The notes below the pieces were generated by a model. It saw only the letters and a list, made by a program, of their open reading frames with translations, did no database searches and was not told the origin of the DNA. Positions 9,788-19,799 of a stretch of DNA of 64,000 nt are shown one piece after another. The stretch spans positions 196,905 to 260,904 of the forward strand of contig CAKPBJ010000001.1 in assembly GCA_934140575.1 (NCBI GenBank), written 5' to 3'. The first letter of the stretch is position 1; each line of letters begins with the position of its first letter. The translations under genes were made by a program, and so were the position numbers. The DNA is from an uncultured Bacilli bacterium. Its GTDB lineage: Bacteria; Bacillota_I; Bacilli_A; RF39; UBA660.

Positions 9788-10246
9788 CTAGTCTTCTTCT
9801 TCTCTCTTTAGCCCATATTTTTTCTTTTCTTCAATCATGTAAGTTGAAATTTCATTTTCTATTTCTGTTAGGGCTGGTTTACTAATATTGGATAATGTTA
9901 CAAATTCTTTTATTGTATCTATATATACCTTTCCCCAAATAATACCACTTGATACTTTAATATCATTAAACATATCTGGTGTTATTGAGTTGAAAAAATA
10001 TCCGAATACTACTCTTTTACTTGCAACTAGTAGACGTCTATTTGTTAAAACAACGGCTGCTGTTGTTATTATGTTGAATGGGTTATCATTTTTTTGAGCT
10101 GCAAATGCATAGATTACTTTTTCATCTGTTGCTAGATGTTTTCCTATTACTTGTGCATGACCTCGTAACCTCCAAGCAATTGTTCCTGGATGTCTATTTT
10201 TAAATTCCAATAATTTTTTATATACAATACTTGTATTCATATCCAT
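9788..10246 (-). CDS. hypothetical protein (possible bacterial PH-like fold)
   Basis: The ORF is 152 aa. There is no catalytic motif and the PH-like assignment is weak. Confidence 0.4.
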   Translation of the reverse strand: MDMNTSIVYKKLLEFKNRHPGTIAWRLRGHAQVIGKHLATDEKVIYAFAAQKNDNPFNIITTAAVVLTNRRLLVASKRVVFGYFFNSITPDMFNDIKVSSGIIWGKVYIDTIKEFVTLSNISKPALTEIENEISTYMIEEKKKYGLKREEED

Positions 10247-10261
10247 ATAGTATTCCTCCTT

Positions 10262-10792
10262 TTATTCATTTATAAAACCATTTGTTTTAAAGAAACTTGT
10301 GTAATGAGCTTCATCAGTTAATCCATTAACAGAAGAAACAATCTTGTTATTTGAAACGATAAGTAAGAATGGTGTTCCAAATCCATCTTTAAATGTATCA
10401 TCAGAGTTAATAAATTTAGTTTGATCATCATCACTGAATTCATCAGTATTTAAATAATTTATTTCTATATTATATTTAAATGAAATATTTTGAAGAATTG
10501 GTTCTGCAATTTGACAATAATGACATGTAGGTCTAGCTACTAAAACAATTTTGTTTTCTTCACCTGCATAATATTCAAGATATTTGTCTACATTAATTTG
10601 TGTAAATTCTTTCTTTTCATCATCTTTTACTGTTTCACTTTCTTTTTGGGCATTCGTTACTATCGTTTGACCATCTTCCGTAGCTTTATCTGTTTTAGTA
10701 TTGTTGCTATCTGTTCCTATCATAGAACAAATTATTATTAATATGACTGCTAAAACAATGCCTAAAATTATAAGTATTTTATTATTTTTCAT
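10262..10792 (-). CDS. membrane-anchored thioredoxin-fold protein (CxxC)
   Basis: An N-terminal TM segment is followed by the motif PTCHYCQ. Confidence 0.6.
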   Translation of the reverse strand: MKNNKILIILGIVLAVILIIICSMIGTDSNNTKTDKATEDGQTIVTNAQKESETVKDDEKKEFTQINVDKYLEYYAGEENKIVLVARPTCHYCQIAEPILQNISFKYNIEINYLNTDEFSDDDQTKFINSDDTFKDGFGTPFLLIVSNNKIVSSVNGLTDEAHYTSFFKTNGFINE

Positions 10793-10843
10793 ATACTACC
10801 TCTTTCTATTTAAACTATACTAAATGAGTTTTATTTTTGTCAA

Positions 10844-12436
10844 CTAATTATTTGAATTTGATTCAATGTATTCTTCATAAGGAATTGATCTATCAGTGAT
10901 TGTTCCATCTTTATGAATTTCTATTACTCTATTTGCTACTGTACTATTTAATTCATAGTCACGTGATGTAAAGAATAATTCTCCTTTAAAGTTACATAAT
11001 CCTTTATTTAGTGATGTAATACTTTCTAGGTCTAAATGGTTTGTTGGTTCATCTAGTATTAAGAAGTTTGGCTCTTCTAACATCATTTTTGATAACATAC
11101 ATCTGGCTTTTTCTCCTCCTGATAAGACACTTACTTTTTTAAAGACATCTTCTCCTGAGAATAACATTCTTCCTAAGAAACCTCTTAGTATCGTTTCATC
11201 TTTTATATCATAGAATTGTCCAATCCATTCCATAATATTTTTATCTGTTTTAAAGTACTCATTATTATCTTGTGGTAGATATCCTGGATTTATTGTTTTA
11301 CCCCACTCTATGCTTCCTTTATCATACTTTTCTTTTCCCGTTAAAATATTAAATAGTGTTGTTTTTACCATATCATCTTCAGCTAAGAAACATATTTTAT
11401 CTCCTTTTAAAACTGTAAATGATACTTTATTTAATATTATTTTACCATCTATTTCCTTAGTTAAATTTTCTACTTTTAATATTTCTTTTCCTGCTGGTTT
11501 TTCTATTTTAAAATCAATGTATGGATATTTTCTACTTGATGGAACTATTTCATCTAGTTGGATTTTTTCTAACATTTTTTTACGAGAAGTTGCCTGTTTA
11601 GATTTTGATGCATTAGCGCTGAATCTTGCGATGAATGATTGTAATTCTTTTATCTTTTCTTCTTTTTTCTTATTGGACTCTCTCATTTGTCTTTGTAATA
11701 ATTCACTTGATTCATACCAGAAATCATAGTTACCAATATATAATTTAATTTTTGAATAATCAATATCACATATGTGAGTACATACTTTATTTAAGAAGTG
11801 TCTGTCATGTGAAACTATTATTACTGTGTTATTGAAATTGATTAAAAATTCTTCTAACCACTTAATTGCTTCTATATCTAAACTGTTTGTTGGTTCATCT
11901 AGAAGTAATATATCAGGGTTACCAAATAATGCTTGTGCTAGTAATACTTTAACTCTTAGCTTTACTGGAAGTTCTTTCATTTCCATGTAGTGATATTCTT
12001 CTTTAACACCTAAGTTATTAAGAAGTTGAGCTGCATCTGGCTCTGCATTCCATCCATCAAGGTCTAAGAATTCAGCTTCTAAATTAGCTAATTTCATACC
12101 GTCTTCTTCTGTAAACTCAGTTTGACAATACATTTTGTCTTTCTCTTCCATAATTTCGTATAATTTAGTATTTCCCATTATAACTACATCAATTACACGT
12201 TTATCATCAAATTGATAATGGTCTTGTTTTAAGAAAGATAATCTTTCTCCTTTTGTTATAGTTATTTCCCCAGTAGTTGTTTCTAATTCGCCACTCAATA
12301 ATTTTAAAAATGTTGACTTTCCACTACCGTTTGCACCTATAAGTCCATAGCAATTACCATTTGTAAATTTTATATTTACATCTTCAAATAAAGTCCTTTT
12401 TCCAAACTTTAAACTTACATTAGATACTTGTATCAT
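10844..12436 (-). CDS. ABC-F family ATPase (two tandem ABC domains, no TM domain)
   Basis: Two Walker A motifs (GANGSGKST and a second in the C-terminal half), two signature motifs (LSGGEKAR) and the linker between domains are present. The protein is 530 aa. Confidence 0.85.
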   Translation of the reverse strand: MIQVSNVSLKFGKRTLFEDVNIKFTNGNCYGLIGANGSGKSTFLKLLSGELETTTGEITITKGERLSFLKQDHYQFDDKRVIDVVIMGNTKLYEIMEEKDKMYCQTEFTEEDGMKLANLEAEFLDLDGWNAEPDAAQLLNNLGVKEEYHYMEMKELPVKLRVKVLLAQALFGNPDILLLDEPTNSLDIEAIKWLEEFLINFNNTVIIVSHDRHFLNKVCTHICDIDYSKIKLYIGNYDFWYESSELLQRQMRESNKKKEEKIKELQSFIARFSANASKSKQATSRKKMLEKIQLDEIVPSSRKYPYIDFKIEKPAGKEILKVENLTKEIDGKIILNKVSFTVLKGDKICFLAEDDMVKTTLFNILTGKEKYDKGSIEWGKTINPGYLPQDNNEYFKTDKNIMEWIGQFYDIKDETILRGFLGRMLFSGEDVFKKVSVLSGGEKARCMLSKMMLEEPNFLILDEPTNHLDLESITSLNKGLCNFKGELFFTSRDYELNSTVANRVIEIHKDGTITDRSIPYEEYIESNSNN

Positions 12437-12475
12437 TTTACCACCTCAAAACTTATTATATTTTACTATAAACAT

Positions 12476-12520
12476 TTAAAAAAAACAAGCTTGTGAAATT
12501 GCTTGTTTATATTATTTTTT
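12476..12520. terminator. bidirectional rho-independent terminator
   Basis: The hairpin acaagcttgtgaaattgcttgt is flanked by an A8 run and a T-rich run. Confidence 0.6.
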
Positions 12521-13175
12521 TGACTAATTCTTTAATATTTGAGTGACCATCTATTATTTCGTCAAAATATGCACTACATTCTGTATCTGGTTCTTTCATT
12601 TCTAGTAAACCTTTTAATGCTTGTATTTTATCATTTTGAACATTTGCTTTTCTTAAATCTTGAATAATAAGTGCTTGTAATAATATATATAGTTGATATT
12701 TATTTAAATTTTCTAAGTTTTCTATGTTATCTGTTTTAAATATAGTATATCTGCTTGGATCTGATAAATAAAGAGAACCGTTAAATATAGTGTTTTTTGG
12801 GTCAATACCATTTAATAAAACTTGTTTTGAACTCAATACTCTTACATCCTCTTCTAGTTCTTTTACATTTCTTATAAAGTCATTTTTAGGTATACTTATT
12901 ATATTTTTACTTCTAGGTTTTTGAGAAACTAATTTTAATGTATAGCCTTTGAAAGTGTTATTATAAAATAATAAGTTTTTTGGTAGAAGAATTTTATCAG
13001 TTCTCAATCCTGATAAATATTTTGCTGTATCTCCATCTATACATTCATTTAATTCTTCATTTTCTAATACTTTTAGTGCAGTTTTTTCTAAACGATATAC
13101 ATAGCCTCTTTTTCCCTGAGCTATTTTTTGTAATTTGTTTAGGTCAATTTCTTTTTTATTTATTCTATATCCCAT
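12507..13175 (-). CDS. hypothetical protein
   Basis: The ORF is 222 aa with no confident motif. Confidence 0.4.
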   Translation of the reverse strand: MGYRINKKEIDLNKLQKIAQGKRGYVYRLEKTALKVLENEELNECIDGDTAKYLSGLRTDKILLPKNLLFYNNTFKGYTLKLVSQKPRSKNIISIPKNDFIRNVKELEEDVRVLSSKQVLLNGIDPKNTIFNGSLYLSDPSRYTIFKTDNIENLENLNKYQLYILLQALIIQDLRKANVQNDKIQALKGLLEMKEPDTECSAYFDEIIDGHSNIKELVKKII

Positions 13176-13208
13176 AAAGCCTCCATTTGACTATATTATA
13201 ACATAATT

Positions 13209-13811
13209 TTACTTTTTGTAGAAATTTGATATAAATTTAGCAAATTCGTATAGAATAATATTACTTTTATTTATTGCGAAACTTTTACCTATTGCTTTTC
13301 CACCTATTGTTATAGAGGCAATTATTGCAGCTACTGTTATACTTGTTAGTAGTGCGTTTAATTTAAAATCTAATACTAATGTGGCTGCTATTGATGTTGC
13401 TGCTGCTCCTGATATGATACCACATACATCTCCGATAACATCACAGCAGAAACTAGATACTTTATCGGCATTTTTTTTAAACTTAACCGCAATGTTAGCA
13501 CCTTTTACTTTTCTTGAACTCATCGAATGGAATACTTTTTCATCTGCTGATGTAACAGACACTCCAATTATGTCAAATAGTATACCTAGAAATACGAAAA
13601 ATAAAGTTACAATAATACCAAGCCATAATGAAAGATTTGGTATTGTTGTTTCTGAAATAAAAGATAAGCAAAAAGATGAAATGAAAGCTACTGATACTAC
13701 GGTCATTACCCATTTTTTATTTACTTGTTCTTTCTTTACTTTTTCTTTTTTCTTAGTAACTTCTACTAAATTATCAAATTCATTGTTCTTTTTTTTATTT
13801 TTATTAAACAT
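13209..13811 (-). CDS. small 4-TM membrane protein with Lys-rich N-terminus (OapA-like candidate)
   Basis: The ORF is 200 aa. The N-terminus KKNNEFDNLVEVTKKKEKVKKEQVNKK is followed by four hydrophobic helices. The RBS GGAGAA is at 13815-13820. A 590-nt structured leader lies immediately upstream. Confidence 0.55.
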   Translation of the reverse strand: MFNKNKKKNNEFDNLVEVTKKKEKVKKEQVNKKWVMTVVSVAFISSFCLSFISETTIPNLSLWLGIIVTLFFVFLGILFDIIGVSVTSADEKVFHSMSSRKVKGANIAVKFKKNADKVSSFCCDVIGDVCGIISGAAATSIAATLVLDFKLNALLTSITVAAIIASITIGGKAIGKSFAINKSNIILYEFAKFISNFYKK

Positions 13812-13829
13812 TTTTTCTCCTATCGTTTC

Positions 13830-13852
13830 AAAAAAAAAGTAGTTAAACTACT
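13830..13852 (-). terminator. terminator/attenuator-like hairpin followed by U8 on the minus strand
   Basis: The stem agtagt/actact with loop taa is followed on the minus strand by TTTTTTTT. It sits 20 nt upstream of the RBS of 13209..13811 and at the 3' end of the GC-richer block. Confidence 0.55.
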
Positions 13853-14429
13853 TTATTATTCTTAATTGTTTGGCTATCAAAATAGTAAACTTTGGGCCTT
13901 AGGTCAAGTAGGATTTCCCTAATTCTTACACTTCCGTTACCAGATGTGCGGTTCCCCTTTACAAGAATTAATATGTCGTTTCCGATTCATACGACTTGAT
14001 TGCCACTTAGTGCCCACTGCAATCCTATAATGAAGTACACCCTAGGAGATTTCCTCTCCAACACTTTATTATTAATCCTTTTTTGCAAAAACAATTTCAA
14101 GACGCACACTTTTATGAGCGGCCTGTTCATAAAAGCTTGATCATCTATCCCAAAATTTTCACTCAAGACAGGCTACGCTGTACATAACTTTCGCCATATA
14201 CAGGTTTAATCCTATAACGTATATAATCACACGATGTTAGGTCTCCACGAATAATGGGTCGGGATTCATATGCCATTATGAGTCGCCCATCATTCTTCAT
14301 CTCCAGCATCCACCCCAAACTGGGCGTAAGAAGCAGACACCAAAGGTTTCACAGATGTGCCCTTTAACGAATTTTTAAGCTCGTCTTCCTAATAAAGTAA
14401 TTGACTAGAATAGTGTGCCATCAATTACA
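13853..14429 (-). ncRNA. candidate large structured ncRNA or 5' leader (about 580 nt; OLE-like or long riboswitch leader); identity unresolved
   Basis: No ORF of 60 aa or more occurs on either strand over about 600 nt. GC is about 40-45% here against about 25% in flanking DNA. A consensus sigma-A promoter sits at its minus-strand 5' end and a hairpin/U-run at its 3' end. Confidence 0.45.
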
Positions 14430-14435
14430 GTCTAG

Positions 14436-14464
14436 ATTTTATCATAATTTAGTTAATTTGTCAA
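14436..14464 (-). promoter_or_regulatory. consensus sigma-A promoter (TTGACA-N17-TAAAAT) reading into the structured RNA block
   Basis: The minus strand reads ttgaca aattaactaaattatga taaaat. The plus-strand coordinates are 14459-14464 for the -35 and 14436-14441 for the -10. The predicted TSS is near 14429. Confidence 0.6.
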
Positions 14465-14575
14465 GCAACCACAACCACAACTGCAACCGCTAAACATCAA
14501 AATTAGCTTTCCTGTAAGGTTCAATATAATGTTTTTTATGATTTATTTATATTTTTAATTTTAATAATGTCCTTA

Positions 14576-15619
14576 TTATTTTGAATACACTTTTGGAATT
14601 GATGTTTCTTCTTCTTTTAATTTTTCTGAAAAATAAGGTTTATTCAATATACCATTTTCTGCTAGGTATATTAAGTAATCAGATATTGGTTCTTCACTAG
14701 TCATACACTGAATAATACCTCGATAGTATAAATAATTATTATATTGGTCTAATCCATTTTCATTGTCTTTTAAATATATGAAATATGAATCTAAATATGT
14801 TATTACTTGTTTAAATTCTTCTTCGTTTATATCTTTGTTTGCTTCATATGATTCAAAAATACTATTCAAATTAGTTAAGAACTTTTCTGTTCTTTCTGTT
14901 CCGCCTATTCTTTCTAGATTGTCTTTAATAATTGAAATGTTCCCTTTACTATACGCTTTTAAAACATTATCGCTTCCTATAAGTTCACATAATATTTTAA
15001 CTGATGCTATTTCAAAGGGATATGAATTAACTTCTGCATAGGGATCATTTGAAATGTATTCATTATTTAATAATTCTGTCATACCTTCTATAAAATATGA
15101 AGGTGTTGATGCTAATGGAGTGCGTGTATAAATACAATGGATAAATTCATGGGTTAATACTTCGTCTCTAGTATAATTTTTTGGTCCATACACTTCTATT
15201 TTATGTGGAATATCAAAATATGCTGCTAAAACATTTTCTTCCAAGCCGCTTCTAAGTGGACAGTCATATTCTACTTTTACAGTTGATAAAGCAGCTTTAG
15301 CTATTAATGTATTTAAATATTCATTTTCAGACATTAAATCTTTTAATGAATATATAACTTCTTTTTCTTTTTTTGATAAATGTTCATTATTTATTATTGC
15401 AACTAGCAATTTTTGCAGATTTCTATTGTTTTTTTCTTCTTCCGTTTCTTCTCCAAAGTAGTCTTCGACTTCTTCTATCATTTTATCTTGTGGGTCTATT
15501 TCTAAAATGCTTGTAATTGTTGGAACTACGTTTTTTGCTAATGCATCTGATGCTGTATTATATATAATCCCTGCAGCTAAAAATATTGCAATAATTCTTT
15601 TACTTCTTACTTTTAACAT
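14576..15619 (-). CDS. secreted putative zinc metallopeptidase (HExxH)
   Basis: A signal peptide (MLKVRSKRIIAIFLAAGIIYNTASDALA) and the motif LTHEFIHC are present. Confidence 0.5.
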   Translation of the reverse strand: MLKVRSKRIIAIFLAAGIIYNTASDALAKNVVPTITSILEIDPQDKMIEEVEDYFGEETEEEKNNRNLQKLLVAIINNEHLSKKEKEVIYSLKDLMSENEYLNTLIAKAALSTVKVEYDCPLRSGLEENVLAAYFDIPHKIEVYGPKNYTRDEVLTHEFIHCIYTRTPLASTPSYFIEGMTELLNNEYISNDPYAEVNSYPFEIASVKILCELIGSDNVLKAYSKGNISIIKDNLERIGGTERTEKFLTNLNSIFESYEANKDINEEEFKQVITYLDSYFIYLKDNENGLDQYNNYLYYRGIIQCMTSEEPISDYLIYLAENGILNKPYFSEKLKEEETSIPKVYSK

Positions 15620-15685
15620 ATTAATCCCCCTAAACGACGGTTCTAATTATATCACAAAGTAAAAGAAAAGCAAATTAGTTATTAA

Positions 15686-16381
15686 TTAATTTGCTCTTAT
15701 TTGACTAACATATGAATTTATTTTACTTACCCAAGTATTGCTTTCTGCATATTTTGGTCCGATTGCTTCTACTGTATTTAATCCTCTTGAGTAATAATTT
15801 CTATAAAGATTATCAATAAATCCTACTAAACCTTCATCAATTGAGTTGTAGGCTTTATATGACCCACCATTACAACCAGGTGCTCCTTTTTGGCCACCAA
15901 AATTATTACATGTTCTTGCTAATCTTGAGCATGAGTGCTTGCAACCAGTTTCGTGTAATAGTATAGCCACTGCAACATATGGGTCTACTCCTTTATTAAC
16001 ACATTCTGATGCTATTAAGGCACCTTTTCCTGCAACTATATCAGTTCCAAGATTCCTGTCTAATTTTACAGCTAATTCTTCTAAAGTCATGCCTTCATAA
16101 ACTTCTATTCTTGGTGGGACTATAACAGATGCTGGAGCTGTTTCCATATCAACAGCAGTTAATAAATCTGTTGTTTTTTTATTTTCTTCTGTTGTTTCTT
16201 TATTTGTATCTTGAATTATCATGTTTGCACTTGCTGCCATATTTTGGATTTTAAAATCACTTATATTTACATTAGTATTCAAAGCCTGTGTAGACTCTTC
16301 CTTTTGTATTACCATTCCAACTGAAATCATTAGAATTCCAACTATAAGAGTAATACTACTAATTAATTTTATTCTTTTCAA
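15686..16381 (-). CDS. membrane-anchored peptidoglycan hydrolase with a glucosaminidase (mannosyl-glycoprotein endo-beta-N-acetylglucosaminidase-like) domain
   Basis: An N-terminal TM segment is present. The segment AILLHETGCKHSCSRLARTCNNFGGQK resembles the conserved ESGWG...NNLFG region of the glucosaminidase domain. Confidence 0.55.
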   Translation of the reverse strand: MKRIKLISSITLIVGILMISVGMVIQKEESTQALNTNVNISDFKIQNMAASANMIIQDTNKETTEENKKTTDLLTAVDMETAPASVIVPPRIEVYEGMTLEELAVKLDRNLGTDIVAGKGALIASECVNKGVDPYVAVAILLHETGCKHSCSRLARTCNNFGGQKGAPGCNGGSYKAYNSIDEGLVGFIDNLYRNYYSRGLNTVEAIGPKYAESNTWVSKINSYVSQIRAN

Positions 16382-16601
16382 AATAATTCACCTCAATGTG
16401 TAATTGATGAATCAATTTTACTATGATTATTTTTTTTTGTCAAATTTAGATACTTTTAGATAAATTGTTTAGAAGTAGATTTTATTTAATAATTTATTGT
16501 GAAATAATGAAAGAAATTGGATGAGTATTGGAAAATTATAAATACTTTTTTATAAATTTGTGTTTATAAATTATATGTTTTATAATGAATTTGGTGATTA
16601 T

Positions 16602-17324
16602 ATGAATAATGGTGAATTAATTAAATGGATAAAAGAATCTCATAAAACTGTATTTTTTGGAGGTGCTGGTGTTTCTACAGAGTCTGGATTAAAGGATTTT
16701 AGAAGTAGTGATGGTTTATATAACGAAAAATATGCTTATCCTCCTGAGAAAATTTTATCACATAGCTTTTTTATAAATAATACTTTAGAATTTTATAAAT
16801 TTTATAGAGATAAAATGAATCCTAATGGATATAAACCTAACATTACACATAAAGTATTGGCAGAGATGGAAAAGAAAGGTTTATTAAGCAGCATTATTAC
16901 TCAAAATATTGATGGGTTTCATTCTTCTGCTGGTTCTATTAAAGTATTAGAATTACACGGGTCTGTAAAACGAAATTATTGTATGAAATGTCATAAATTT
17001 TATAATGATGATATTGTATTTAATTCTTCTAGTATTCCTAAATGTAGTTGTGGTGGAATTATAAAGCCTGATGTTGTTTTATATGAAGAAGGGTTAGATG
17101 ATGATGTAATTAATGAGGCAATTGAAGAAATTTCTACTTGTGACTTATTGATAATTGGTGGAACTTCTTTGAATGTATATCCTGCAGCTTCTTTTATTAA
17201 TTATTTTAGAGGTAAACATTTAGTATTAATAAATAAAGATATAACTCCTTTTGATAATATTTGTGATTTAGTTATACACGATAGTATTGGTAAAGTATTT
17301 ACAGAAATTAAAAAAAGCCTTTAA
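16602..17324 (+). CDS. cobB: NAD-dependent protein deacylase, Sir2 family
   Basis: The motifs GAGVSTESGLKDFRS, TQNIDGFH and LHGS are present, with a Zn-ribbon CxxC...CxC. The start chosen is the ATG at 16602, preceded by GGTGA. Confidence 0.85.
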   Translation: MNNGELIKWIKESHKTVFFGGAGVSTESGLKDFRSSDGLYNEKYAYPPEKILSHSFFINNTLEFYKFYRDKMNPNGYKPNITHKVLAEMEKKGLLSSIITQNIDGFHSSAGSIKVLELHGSVKRNYCMKCHKFYNDDIVFNSSSIPKCSCGGIIKPDVVLYEEGLDDDVINEAIEEISTCDLLIIGGTSLNVYPAASFINYFRGKHLVLINKDITPFDNICDLVIHDSIGKVFTEIKKSL

Positions 17325-18160
17325 TTGGCTTCTTTTTCTTTTAAGGTGTTTAACTCTTCAATGGATAAACCTGTAGATTTTGAAATTATATTTATGTCTA
17401 CACCATTTTTCATAAAATTAATGGCAACTTCTCTAATAGCTGATTCTTTTCCTTCTTGCTTTGAAATTTCTTTTTCTGTATTTGTAACTCTTCTCATTTC
17501 TCTTTCAAAGTCATATTCTGGTAAAAAATCTTCTTCTTTAGCTAGTCTTTTTAGTTCATCCATAATGGCTAATGCCTCCTTTTTGCCACATGCAATTCTT
17601 TCCATTTCTTCATAACTATTAGCAGATAAGAAAGATAGCATAGCATCTAATTCATTAGCCTCATTATAGCATAATCCCTTATATTTAGATAGATAGACTT
17701 CATATATTTTCATATAATTCTTTTTGTATTTTCCACTTTCATCAGAAATCATATAGCAAATACTTCCTACTTCTTTATTATCTTTAAAATAACCATCATT
17801 AAAGTTAATTTGAACAATTTGTTTTTCAAAGTAAGTATCTCCTTGTTTTAATGATTTACTAAGTAAACTAAAAACATATGAAAAAGATTTAATAGAATCA
17901 GTTGAATGATAATTCTTATACATTTCAATATTAATAGTCATTCCTAATCTTTCATCTTCATCATTAGGAACAAATACCAAGTCAAGTCTATAATCTTTTA
18001 AACCATTACCTGAATTAATCTCATTATCATATAAGTGATAATTAGTTAAATCAATAGTAGTAAGATACTTAATTAATTTAATAAAAAATAGTCTTGATGA
18101 ATTACTTTTCCATAAATATTTAAAAGTCGTATCATATAAAGGTGAAATAAATCTAGTCAT
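17321..18160 (-). CDS. Rpn-family recombination-promoting nuclease / putative transposase (PD-(D/E)xK, YhgA-like)
   Basis: The N-terminus FISPLYDTTFKYLW, a D...E.K core (DLVFVPNDEDERLGMTINIEMYK) and the characteristic C-terminus TGLSIEELNTL are present. The RBS AAAGGAGG precedes the ATG at 18160. Confidence 0.65.
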   Translation of the reverse strand: MTRFISPLYDTTFKYLWKSNSSRLFFIKLIKYLTTIDLTNYHLYDNEINSGNGLKDYRLDLVFVPNDEDERLGMTINIEMYKNYHSTDSIKSFSYVFSLLSKSLKQGDTYFEKQIVQINFNDGYFKDNKEVGSICYMISDESGKYKKNYMKIYEVYLSKYKGLCYNEANELDAMLSFLSANSYEEMERIACGKKEALAIMDELKRLAKEEDFLPEYDFEREMRRVTNTEKEISKQEGKESAIREVAINFMKNGVDINIISKSTGLSIEELNTLKEKEAN

Positions 18161-18227
18161 AAAACCTCCTTTCATTTATATTATTAGAAAGGAAATTTTA
18201 ATTTTACGAAAAAAAAGAACTAAAGTT

Positions 18228-19799
18228 CTAATTTAATTTGAATGTCTTTGGAGCGACTTTATATACTAGTGCCATTGAAATAAGTATATAAACACCTGTA
18301 AATATAATTCCAAGGATTGATAATACTTTTATGTCTAATACTAAATCTATTAAATTGTAGCAAAGAATGTATGTTATTAATGTAACAAATGAATAGCTTG
18401 TTTTTTTTACTTCTAGGTCTTTATTGAATGGTTGAAGTAAGTAGTATATTACTAAGTAGTGAACTGAGAAGAAGATACTTAAGAATATAATAAATATAAA
18501 CATGCTTAATAGAACAATTATATCTGTTTCTTTTAAAAGTATTAATAATATTATATTTCCTGTTCCTATAACAAATGCTGGTAGTAAGTTTACTTTAGTT
18601 ACAGTTTTTAATCTTTTTTTAAATAGTTCAATAATTGTTTTTGGTTCTTTATAAAAATTGTAGTTTAACATGGCATGGTCACAGTTAAAAAACATTGCCT
18701 GAGTAATGATTGCTCCCCTATTTATAAAATACATTATAATTATAAATATTGATAATCTATTATGTAATAGATTTGATATTTCTTTAGTATAAGTTGGGGT
18801 TTTTATGACTAAATAAATTAATATAATATAAATAGCAATTAATATAAGAGAATATTTTTTAGCACTTCTTAATAATATTTCTTTATGTCTTTCAAAAAAA
18901 ATTGTGTTGAAATATTCATAGCCACTTTTACCTTTTAATTTTCTTTCTGGTATTTTTATATCTTTCTTTTGGACATCAACCATTGCTTGCTTTAGATAGT
19001 CTTTTTCATTTTTCGATGACATTACATTGGTCATTTGACTTAAGTTTTTATATATTGTTTTATAGTCTTTTATTTTTAGTAGATAAATTAGTGACATAGT
19101 ACCTAGAATAACTACTAATATTGTTGAAAGTATTATTGTATTAAATGATATATAAATGTTTAATAATGGAAGAGATGCTAGTCCTAAAGTTGATACTAAA
19201 ATAATAAAATAAAGTGTTGAATTACTGTACCAAATATATTTATATTTACGATAATATAGTATATTTAGAGTTTCTCCAATAAATCTTATAAATGTTGTAT
19301 ATAGTATTAGAATGATACTATAAATGATGTTAGGTGTCATTAACATATGATTAAATAATATTATATAAACACTATTTAATATAAAATTTATTACCGTATT
19401 AGAAAAACAAGTTGCCTGAAAATACTGTGTTGCATCCATGTTAAAGAGAATTATTGAAAAATAATTTTTCTTACTTGTATTTAATAATTTATTATTAATA
19501 AACATTCCAAGAAGTGTTAGAAAGAAATATATATGAAAATATGATTTTATAAAGTTATTTGGAAATAATTTGTAGCAAATAAAGAATATTGTGAAGTAAT
19601 ACATAAATTTTAGAAATGCTTTGGTAAAAAAAGTAAATAAAATACAAAATATACTAATTATTTTTTTTAGTGTTACACTACTATAGGCGTCATCTGTTAA
19701 TAAATCTTTTAGAATAGGCAATTTTCTTAAGATAAAGATATATGAATTTACGGAATATGCATTTTCTATTTCAAAAGATTTTAATAGTGTTTTAATCAT
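18228..19799 (-). CDS. polytopic membrane protein, putative ABC-2-type permease
   Basis: The ORF is 523 aa with at least 10 hydrophobic helices. It overlaps the adjacent ABC ATPase gene by 8 nt. Confidence 0.5.
   Translation of the reverse strand: MIKTLLKSFEIENAYSVNSYIFILRKLPILKDLLTDDAYSSVTLKKIISIFCILFTFFTKAFLKFMYYFTIFFICYKLFPNNFIKSYFHIYFFLTLLGMFINNKLLNTSKKNYFSIILFNMDATQYFQATCFSNTVINFILNSVYIILFNHMLMTPNIIYSIILILYTTFIRFIGETLNILYYRKYKYIWYSNSTLYFIILVSTLGLASLPLLNIYISFNTIILSTILVVILGTMSLIYLLKIKDYKTIYKNLSQMTNVMSSKNEKDYLKQAMVDVQKKDIKIPERKLKGKSGYEYFNTIFFERHKEILLRSAKKYSLILIAIYIILIYLVIKTPTYTKEISNLLHNRLSIFIIIMYFINRGAIITQAMFFNCDHAMLNYNFYKEPKTIIELFKKRLKTVTKVNLLPAFVIGTGNIILLILLKETDIIVLLSMFIFIIFLSIFFSVHYLVIYYLLQPFNKDLEVKKTSYSFVTLITYILCYNLIDLVLDIKVLSILGIIFTGVYILISMALVYKVAPKTFKLN

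Noticed and set aside
13860-14560. tmRNA, RNase P RNA or SRP RNA as the identity of the GC-rich ORF-free block
   Set aside because: I found no T-arm/CCA 3' terminus and no GGAAAGUCC (P4) or ACAGAA-GGCUUA elements of RNase P. An alanine-rich tag-like frame (AVAVVVVVA*) near 14470-14500 lies upstream of the mapped promoter and is not hydrophobic-tail typical. Only loose resemblance was seen, so the identity is left open.
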